Shown here: in pieces, positions 14,115 through 19,958 of the stretch | Numbering within the stretch: position 1 is the stretch's first letter | Layout: the number at the start of each line of letters is the position of its first letter | DNA from: an uncultured Planctomycetota bacterium | GTDB taxonomy: Bacteria > Planctomycetota > Phycisphaerae > UBA1845 > Fen-1342 | NCBI GenBank assembly: GCA_900696535.1 | Contig: CAADGM010000233.1 | Span: 1 to 19,958 of the forward strand | Direction of reading: 5' to 3' | DNA length: 19,958 bases | Translations under genes and position numbers: made by a program | The notes under the pieces: model-generated | Seen by the model: the letters and a program-made list of their open reading frames with translations, nothing else | The model's database searches: none | What the model was told of the DNA's origin: nothing

Positions 14115-16384
14115 CCCGCCTGCACCGCGTCAACACGATCTGGCGCAAGGAGCTGACCGACACGCTGCGCGATCGGCGCACGCTCATCGCGATGGTGCTC
14201 GTGCCCATGGCACTCTACCCGGCCATGATCCTCGGCTCGCTCCAGGGCTTCGAGCTACAAATCGCGCGCCTGAAGCGCGAGCAGTACCGCGTGCTCGTGG
14301 CGACCGAGCCCGGACCACACGGTCCGGCCGTCTCGACGCAGGAGGCCGCTCTCTGGCTTCGTACGGCGATCGACACGGACCCGACCCGCCGGCCCGGTGC
14401 CGAGACCCTGCCGGCCGAAGTGCTCGTCGAAAAGGCCGCCCGGGGCGAGTTGCCGGCCGAGACGCAACCGGCCGATGCGGCCCGGTCGGCCGAGGAGCGG
14501 GCCCGCGAAGACGTGCGGCGACAGCCGCCGAAGTACGAGGTCGAAGCGGCGCGCGACGCCGCCGAGATCATCGCGGCGATCCAGTTCGGGCAGGCCCACG
14601 CCGGGGTGCTGGTGCGCGGCCCGCTTCCGTCCGCGGCCGATGATGGCGCCTCCGTCGTCGTTGTGCTCACGGATCAGACCGACATCCGAAGCCAGATTGC
14701 GGCGTCCGGCCTGGAGAGCATCCTCGAACGCCTGGGCAAGTCGCTGCTGCGTCAGCGGCTCAAACGCCAGGCCCTCAGCGAGGCATACATCACGCCCCTG
14801 GTGGTCAGCGAGCAGGCCACCGCCACGCCGGAGAAGGTGGGCGGCTCGATCCTCGGGCAGATCGTCCCGCTGATCCTTATCGTCATGACGATCACGGGCG
14901 CGGTGTACCCGGCGATCGACCTGACCGCCGGCGAGCGCGAGCGCGGCACGCTCGAGACGCTGATGGTGGCGCCGGTGCCGACGGTGGACCTGATCGCCGG
15001 CAAGTTCGTGGTCGTGGCGCTGATCGGGATGCTGAGCGCGGCGCTGAACCTGCTCTCGATCGGCGGGACGATCTACCTGGGTGGGCTCGGAGAACTGCTC
15101 ACGCGCGGCAGCGACGTGGTCATTCCGCTGGGCGCGCTGCCGTGGGTGTTGCTGCTTCTGGTCCCGCTTGCGGTCCTTTTCAGCGCCTTGCTGCTGGCGG
15201 TTTGCAGCTTCGCCCGCAGCTTCAAGGAGGCCCAGAACTACGTGATGCCCGTGATGGTCGCGGCCATGATCCCCGCCATCGTCGGCATCCTGCCGGGTAC
15301 GCGGCTGGACGGCCCCATGCTGGTCATGCCCGTGACCAACATCACGATCCTCACGCGCGACCTGTTCACCGGGAAGTTCGATCCCGCGGCAATCGTGTGG
15401 GTGACGGCGTCCACCACGCTGTACGCGGGTGCTGCGGTCGCGGTTGCCGCCCGGCTTTTCGGACAGGAGGCCGTGCTGTTCGCCGACAGCGGCTCGGTCC
15501 GCACGCTGTTCCAGCGGCGGTTCTTCCGCCCGTCGGAGCGGCCTTCGGTCGCGCAGGCCTTTCTCATGCTCGCGGTCACGTTCTCACTCAACTTCTTCGC
15601 ACAGCAGTCGCTCCTGCGGCCGCTGACGTTGCCCGGCCAACCGCCCACGCCCGACTACTTTGCCGGCGTGGCCGCGATCATTCTGATCGTCTTCGTCGCA
15701 CTGCCGGCCGGTACGGCGGCGTATCTCAAGACGCGGCTGCGCAGCACGTTCGCGCTGGGGCCGGCGCCGCTGCGCGGCTGGCTGGCGGCGGCGTGCTTCG
15801 GGCTTTCGACGTGGATCCTGGCCAGTGCGTGGTTCGCGTGGCAGAGTCAGTGGCTCCCCGTGCCGGCCGAGATGACCGCCGAGTTCGAGCGCGTTCAGGC
15901 GGGCCTGGCGGCGCTGCCCGTCGTCCTGGCGATCCTGTACCTGGCCGTGGTGCCCGCGGTCGGCGAGGAGTTGCTGTTTCGCGGCTACGCGCTCGGCGGG
16001 CTGCGCAGCCTGGGAGCCGTGGCCGCGATCGGTCTGACCGCGTTGGCCTTCGGCCTGCACCACCACAGCATCTTCCGCATCGTCATTACGGCCGGCCTGG
16101 GCGTGCTCTTCGGGCTGCTGGTTGTACGCTTCGGCTCGGTCTGGCCGGCGGTTCTTGCCCACTTCATGCACAACGGCATCGCGCTGCTCTCCATCCGCGG
16201 CGACGGCCTTCAGCCGCTTCTCGAACGGTTCGGATACGCGGCAGGGACGGGCGCTCCGCCCGGCGCGTGGACCGCGGGCGCGGCGCTGCTCGCGGCCGTC
16301 GGCCTGCTTCTGTGTCTGCCTGCGCGGCCGCCGCCTCAGAGCGACAGCTCCATGTACCGCGCTTCCGGCAGCGGGTTGTCGTAG
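14111..16384 (+). CDS. Fusion protein: ABC-2 family permease (NatB-like, with a large extracytoplasmic domain) fused to a C-terminal CPBP / CAAX-type intramembrane metalloprotease (Abi) domain
   Basis: 757 aa. N-terminal TM LIAMVLVPMALYPAMILG, then a soluble domain of about 210 aa, then an ABC-2 membrane core with the hallmark TAGERERGTLETLMVAPV. From about residue 480 there is a second multi-TM module carrying all three CPBP motifs: EELLFRGYALGGL (EExxxR), FGLHH (FxxxH) and HFMHN (HxxxN). Confidence 0.75.
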   Translation: MTRLHRVNTIWRKELTDTLRDRRTLIAMVLVPMALYPAMILGSLQGFELQIARLKREQYRVLVATEPGPHGPAVSTQEAALWLRTAIDTDPTRRPGAETLPAEVLVEKAARGELPAETQPADAARSAEERAREDVRRQPPKYEVEAARDAAEIIAAIQFGQAHAGVLVRGPLPSAADDGASVVVVLTDQTDIRSQIAASGLESILERLGKSLLRQRLKRQALSEAYITPLVVSEQATATPEKVGGSILGQIVPLILIVMTITGAVYPAIDLTAGERERGTLETLMVAPVPTVDLIAGKFVVVALIGMLSAALNLLSIGGTIYLGGLGELLTRGSDVVIPLGALPWVLLLLVPLAVLFSALLLAVCSFARSFKEAQNYVMPVMVAAMIPAIVGILPGTRLDGPMLVMPVTNITILTRDLFTGKFDPAAIVWVTASTTLYAGAAVAVAARLFGQEAVLFADSGSVRTLFQRRFFRPSERPSVAQAFLMLAVTFSLNFFAQQSLLRPLTLPGQPPTPDYFAGVAAIILIVFVALPAGTAAYLKTRLRSTFALGPAPLRGWLAAACFGLSTWILASAWFAWQSQWLPVPAEMTAEFERVQAGLAALPVVLAILYLAVVPAVGEELLFRGYALGGLRSLGAVAAIGLTALAFGLHHHSIFRIVITAGLGVLFGLLVVRFGSVWPAVLAHFMHNGIALLSIRGDGLQPLLERFGYAAGTGAPPGAWTAGAALLAAVGLLLCLPARPPPQSDSSMYRASGSGLS

Positions 16385-16809
16385 TAGGCCGCAGCGTCGC
16401 GAAACCCCAGCGACTCGTACAGCCGGTTGGCCGCGGTCATGGTGTGCAGCGTGTCCAGCCGCACGCAGCGATAGCCGATCAACCGCGCGTCGGCCAGAAT
16501 CCGCTCGGCCAGCGCCCGCCCGATTCCACGGCCGCGGACTCCCGGCCGGACGTACATCCGCTTGAGCTCGCACACGCCCGGCTCGAGCGGACGCAGCGCG
16601 ACGCACCCCACCGCCTGGTCGCCGAGCAGCACCACGTACGCCCGCCCGGCCGGCGGGGCATACTTGCCCGGGAGCGTGCGCAGCTCGTCCTCGAACTGCT
16701 GAAAGCACAGTTGGAACCCGAGCGACGCACCATACTCCTCAAACAGCGCGCGGAGCACCGGTATCCAGCCCGGCTCGTGCGCGGCGACGATCTGCGGCTC
16801 CGGTTCCAT
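16336..16809 (-). CDS. GNAT-family N-acetyltransferase
   Basis: The ORF is open to 16923, but the likely start is ATG 16809 (MEPEPQIVAAHEPGW..., 157 aa). GNAT motif A region CELKRMYVRPGVRGRGIGRAL and a C-terminal LYESLGF are present. The 3' end overlaps the convergent CPBP-fusion gene by 49 bp. Confidence 0.75.
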   Translation of the reverse strand: MEPEPQIVAAHEPGWIPVLRALFEEYGASLGFQLCFQQFEDELRTLPGKYAPPAGRAYVVLLGDQAVGCVALRPLEPGVCELKRMYVRPGVRGRGIGRALAERILADARLIGYRCVRLDTLHTMTAANRLYESLGFRDAAAYYDNPLPEARYMELSL

Positions 16810-16869
16810 CAGCAGGCACTCGCGGCAGCCACGCGCCCGAGTCCGGCGTCCGGGGTTTCCCAAACGCCG

Positions 16870-16904
16870 CCGGAGGGGTGCGGACCGACAGATATAATCT
16901 CCGG
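16870..16904 (+). promoter_or_regulatory. Perfect 6-bp stem (ccggag / ctccgg) with a 23-nt loop containing a consensus TATAAT (16893-16898), ending 4 nt before the queE ATG. Either the -10 box of a leaderless queE transcript or a start-proximal hairpin.
   Basis: Read from the sequence in the 98-bp divergent GNAT / queE intergenic region. There is no SD upstream of queE. Confidence 0.3.
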
Positions 16905-16907
16905 CCC

Positions 16908-17561
16908 ATGACGCGACCGCCACGGCTGCGGGTGAGCGAGATCTTCCACTCGGTGCAGGGCGAAGGTACGCGGGCCGGAGTGCGCTGCGTCTTCGTCCGC
17001 CTGACCGGGTGTCACCTGCGCTGCGCCTGGTGCGACACGGAGTACGCCTTCTACGAAGGTACGTGGATGACGCTCGACGAGATTCTCGCGGAGGTCGAGC
17101 GCTATCGGTGCCCGACCGTCGAGCTCACCGGCGGCGAGCCGCTGCGGCAACCCGCGACGCCCGAGCTGCTCGCGCGGCTGTGCGAGCGGCACGAGACCGT
17201 TCTGCTCGAGACGAGCGGAGCGGTCCCGATCGACGCCGTCGATCCGCGGGTCGTTCGCATCGTGGACATCAAGTGCCCGGGCTCGGGCGAGGCGGAGCGC
17301 AATCACTGGCCGAATTTCGACGTGCTCTCGCCGCGCGATGAGGTCAAGTGTGTGCTGGCAGACCGGGCGGACTACGAGTGGGCCCGCGGCGTAGTGGTGG
17401 CTCGCGGACTGATCGGCCGCTGCCCGGTCGTGTTCATGCCGGTTCATGGGCGCTTGGCGCCGGCCGAGCTGGCCGAGTGGATTCTGGCGGATGGGCTCGA
17501 CGTCCGGCTGGGTGTGCAGCTTCACAAGACCATCTGGCCTGCGGTCCCGCGCGGCGTCTGA
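16908..17561 (+). CDS. queE: 7-carboxy-7-deazaguanine synthase (radical SAM, E. coli-type CxxxCxxC)
   Basis: Start at ATG 16908 (MTRPPRLRVSEIFHSVQGEG...) aligns with the QueE N-terminus (EMFQTLQGEG in E. coli). The radical-SAM cluster CHLRCAWCDT is present. Length is 217 aa. Confidence 0.85.
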   Translation: MTRPPRLRVSEIFHSVQGEGTRAGVRCVFVRLTGCHLRCAWCDTEYAFYEGTWMTLDEILAEVERYRCPTVELTGGEPLRQPATPELLARLCERHETVLLETSGAVPIDAVDPRVVRIVDIKCPGSGEAERNHWPNFDVLSPRDEVKCVLADRADYEWARGVVVARGLIGRCPVVFMPVHGRLAPAELAEWILADGLDVRLGVQLHKTIWPAVPRGV

Positions 17562-17598
17562 GCGGCTGCCGCGCAAGTTCAGGAGGCGATGGAACGCG

Positions 17599-17961
17599 AT
17601 GCAGGTGCGCTTGACGAAGTCGTTCTCGTTCGAGGCGGCCCACTGGCTGCCGAACTTCCCGGACGGGCACAAGTGCCGTCGCCTGCACGGGCACAGCTTC
17701 CGCGTCGATGTCGAGCTCGCGGGTGCGGTCGACGAGCACTCGGGCGTGCTGATCGACTACGGACAGATCAAGGAGGCGTGCGAGCCGATCCGCGCGCAGC
17801 TCGATCACTACTGCCTCAACGACATCGAGGGGCTGGCCAATCCCACGTCGGAGCTGCTCGCGAGGTGGATCTGGACACGCCTACGGCCGGCACTGCCCCA
17901 GCTCACCGCGGTCACGGTCCACGAAACCTGCACCAGCCGGTGCGAGTACCGCGGCCAGTAG
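17599..17961 (+). CDS. queD: 6-carboxy-5,6,7,8-tetrahydropterin synthase (PTPS family)
   Basis: 120 aa from ATG 17599 (MQVRLTKSFSFEAAHWLPNFPDGHKCRRLHGHSF...), preceded by the RBS AGGAGG (17581-17586). The Zn-binding CxxxHGH motif and catalytic Glu/His residues are present. Lies immediately downstream of queE. Confidence 0.85.
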   Translation: MQVRLTKSFSFEAAHWLPNFPDGHKCRRLHGHSFRVDVELAGAVDEHSGVLIDYGQIKEACEPIRAQLDHYCLNDIEGLANPTSELLARWIWTRLRPALPQLTAVTVHETCTSRCEYRGQ

Positions 17962-18003
17962 CACCGCCGCGGGGAACGGCGCGCGGAGCGCTGCCCCTTC
18001 GCG

Positions 18004-18849
18004 TCAGGGTTTGCCCGGTGCGGCGGCAGGCGCGGTCGCTGGCGCCGTCGTCTTGGCCCGCTCGGCCAGCGCCTTGATGGCCTCCGGCAGTGCGAACCGG
18101 TCGGCCGGAAAGTCCTGGTCGTGCTTGATCGTGTTGAGGATGACGATCTGCTCGACCTCGGCGGCTCGAGTGACCTGCTTGTGGGGGAGCAGAATGTCGT
18201 CCACCTTCTTGAAGTCGAACGAGAAGACCTCCATCGGGATCTCGCCGCGCGGACCACGCAGTGTCAGCTCGATCTTGGTGGGGAGGAACGTGCGGCGGTC
18301 GTAGAAGATGGTCTCGGGCAGGCCCGCGTTGGGCGTGAGCACGATCTTGTAGTGCAGCCGACCGTCGATCGTCTCGATGCCCTTGGTCTCGGCCGACTTG
18401 TAGTACTTCTTCCACTCCGTGGCGCGGTTAAACGCGTTGAGCCGCTCCGCGACGGCCTTCTCTTCGCCCTCCAGCAGGCGCGGTCCGGCCATCGTCGAAC
18501 TCTCCCAGCAGACCGTGCCGTCGCTGCCGCTCTCGATCTTGCCCAACCCCTCGATCTCGGCCAGGCTGTAGGTCTTGCTCGGGGGCGCCTCGTAGACCGT
18601 GATCGGCCCCTTGACCTTCAGGAGGGGAATCTCGAGCGTCCCGTAGGAGACGCGGTTCTTGATCTTGGCGAATGCCTCCCGACCACCCATCACCTCAATC
18701 GACTTCTCGATCACACTCTCGGCGCTGGGCAGCAGGTCCTCGTCGGCCTCCGCGGCCAGCCCAGGCCCCGCCGGCAGGGCGATCGCACCGATCACGACCG
18801 AGAGCAACGCGCGCCACAGCGCCGGCCACGATCCCATCCAGTTACGCAT
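18004..18849 (-). CDS. Secreted or periplasmic protein of unknown function, possibly LolA-like (outer-membrane lipoprotein-sorting protein fold)
   Basis: 281 aa with a signal peptide (WPALWRALLSVVIGAIALPAGPGLAAEA). The segments GSDGTVCWESS and YKIVLTPNAGL...IFYDRRTFLPTKIEL resemble the LolA-like family. The C-terminal Ala/Pro/Thr-rich tail is low complexity. The real-CDS call is confident; the family assignment is tentative. Confidence 0.55.
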   Translation of the reverse strand: MRNWMGSWPALWRALLSVVIGAIALPAGPGLAAEADEDLLPSAESVIEKSIEVMGGREAFAKIKNRVSYGTLEIPLLKVKGPITVYEAPPSKTYSLAEIEGLGKIESGSDGTVCWESSTMAGPRLLEGEEKAVAERLNAFNRATEWKKYYKSAETKGIETIDGRLHYKIVLTPNAGLPETIFYDRRTFLPTKIELTLRGPRGEIPMEVFSFDFKKVDDILLPHKQVTRAAEVEQIVILNTIKHDQDFPADRFALPEAIKALAERAKTTAPATAPAAAPGKP

Positions 18850-18896
18850 CGTCAGTCTCCACGTTGCCGCCGAGGCGGCTGCCAGAGTCTACTGCA

Positions 18897-19958
18897 TCAG
18901 TTCGCCAGCTCGCGGGCCGTACCGCCCGACAGGATCCACGCCGTCGCCGCTTCCAGGGCCAGGTCACGACCCGCCAGCAGCGCCGCGCGGGTGGGCGCCG
19001 CGACCACGTCGGGCTCGACCCCGTTCCCCTCCAGCCGTCCGCCATCGGCCGAAACGTAGTCGGCGATGGCGTACTGGAACCCGTCGTCGTTCGGCAGCCG
19101 CGTGAAGATCGAAGGCAGCGCGGCCCCGGCGGTCCGTTCGCCGAAGATCCGGGCCCGCTTCAGGTCCTTCAGGCCCCCGGCGACGATCTCGGCCGTGGAG
19201 GCCGTGCAGCCGTCCACCAGGATCGCAAGCGGGCCGTTGTAGGGTTCCGGTCGCGGGAATACCGCGAAGTTGATCGTCGCGCCGCGGGTCCGCATCGTCC
19301 CGAGCGGGCGGTTGGCCTGGGGGGCAAACCAGCCAGCCACACCCATCGACATCGCCCCCAGCCCGCCCGGGTTGCCGCGCAGGTCCAGCACGATGCCGCG
19401 CGCCGTGCGGAACTCGGTCATGGCCCGCTCGAATCCCTCCGCGATCGTCGCGGGGTCGAGGAAGATGTTGAACGTGATGTAGCCGATTGCTCCGGGGAGC
19501 CAGCGGGACTCGAACCAGACGCTGGCCGGCGGCATGTCGCCCAGTTGCACGAGCTTGCCGCGCGGCTCAACCCGCCGCAGTTCGAGCGTCCTTCGCGGGC
19601 CCTCTCCGGGGTCGAACTCGACCTGGACGTCTTGGCCGACCGGCCCGTCCAGCTTGGCCTCAATCGCCCGCACGAGCATGAGTTGCTCAAGAGTCGAGCC
19701 GGCATACTCGCGCCGGATCTGGTCGATCGTCGGCTGCACGCGTCGCCCGTTAACGCGGACGATCCGCCAGCCCGGACGCACGCCGGCGTGCTCGGCGGGC
19801 GAGCCCCCCATCACAGCCGTCACCAGGGCCTGCCCGCTCACGACACGCACGGTCAGTCCACACTCGCCGCTCGCGCCGTGCGGTTCCGCGCTGGCCACGT
19901 CCGCGTAGACGGCGGCCGGGATGATCCCGAAGTGCGTCAGGTTGAGGCGGGACAGCGC
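18897..19958 (-). CDS. S41-family C-terminal processing peptidase (Ctp / tail-specific protease-like) with a PDZ domain, 5'-truncated at the window edge
   Basis: The reading frame continues upstream past 19898 to the window end (…LSRLNLTHFGIIPAAVYADVASAEP…). The M shown in the track is an internal GTG. PDZ segment VVSGQALVTAVMGGSPAEHAGVRPGWRIVRVNG. S41 catalytic core GIVLDLRGNPGG...ILVDGCTASTAEIVAG, with the Ser in TAST as the likely nucleophile. Confidence 0.8.
   Translation of the reverse strand, partial: ALSRLNLTHFGIIPAAVYADVASAEPHGASGECGLTVRVVSGQALVTAVMGGSPAEHAGVRPGWRIVRVNGRRVQPTIDQIRREYAGSTLEQLMLVRAIEAKLDGPVGQDVQVEFDPGEGPRRTLELRRVEPRGKLVQLGDMPPASVWFESRWLPGAIGYITFNIFLDPATIAEGFERAMTEFRTARGIVLDLRGNPGGLGAMSMGVAGWFAPQANRPLGTMRTRGATINFAVFPRPEPYNGPLAILVDGCTASTAEIVAGGLKDLKRARIFGERTAGAALPSIFTRLPNDDGFQYAIADYVSADGGRLEGNGVEPDVVAAPTRAALLAGRDLALEAATAWILSGGTARELAN

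Noticed and set aside
16861-16907. Possible preQ1 riboswitch upstream of queE.
   Set aside because: The hairpin ccggag...ctccgg lacks the A-rich 3' tail and pseudoknot of preQ1-I aptamers, and is too short for preQ1-II or III. It is better explained as a promoter or operator hairpin.
16908-17961. queE-queD as part of a Dpd-type 7-deazaguanine DNA-modification or defence island.
   Set aside because: No DpdA/TGT-like transglycosylase, no helicase or ParB-like dpd genes, and no queC in the window. The neighbouring genes are housekeeping.

Overview
This is a high-GC (roughly 70%) bacterial chromosomal segment with a Gram-negative envelope architecture. I found no rRNA, tRNA, CRISPR array or mobile element. 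The coding content, in order:
- Electron-bifurcating NfnAB/SudAB-type oxidoreductase pair, small FAD subunit then GltD-like large subunit, on the minus strand (23-2604).
- Divergent NfeD(YqiJ)-like membrane protein and flotillin (SPFH, YqiK/FloT-like) operon (2835-5490).
- GAF + PP2C/SpoIIE serine phosphatase (5534-6778, minus).
- UvrD/PcrA superfamily-1 helicase (6927-9284, minus).
- Unannotated 21-codon hydrophobic mini-ORF with a strong Shine-Dalgarno (9496-9561, plus).
- TolC/OprM-like outer-membrane factor with a lipoprotein signal (9604-11421, minus).
- Sensor histidine kinase whose periplasmic domain carries a CxxCH c-type heme motif (11666-13252, plus).
- ABC ATPase and an ABC-2 permease fused to a CPBP/CAAX-type intramembrane protease, immediately downstream (13323-16384, plus).
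- GNAT acetyltransferase (16336-16809, minus).
- queE-queD 7-deazaguanine genes (16908-17961, plus).
- LolA-like secreted protein and an S41 C-terminal processing peptidase (18004-19958, minus); the peptidase runs off the window end.

The signals not explained by ordinary gene annotation are:
- the orphan heme-HK / ABC / CPBP module;
- the tiny hydrophobic ORF;
- a highly structured, 8-bp-periodic GTGA/TCAC repeat spacer between nfnA and nfnB;
- an 8-mer tandem repeat inside nfnA;
- a hairpin/TATAAT element abutting a leaderless queE start.

Many long ORFs in the six-frame track are antisense, Arg/Ala/Gly-rich artefacts of the high GC content and are rejected.
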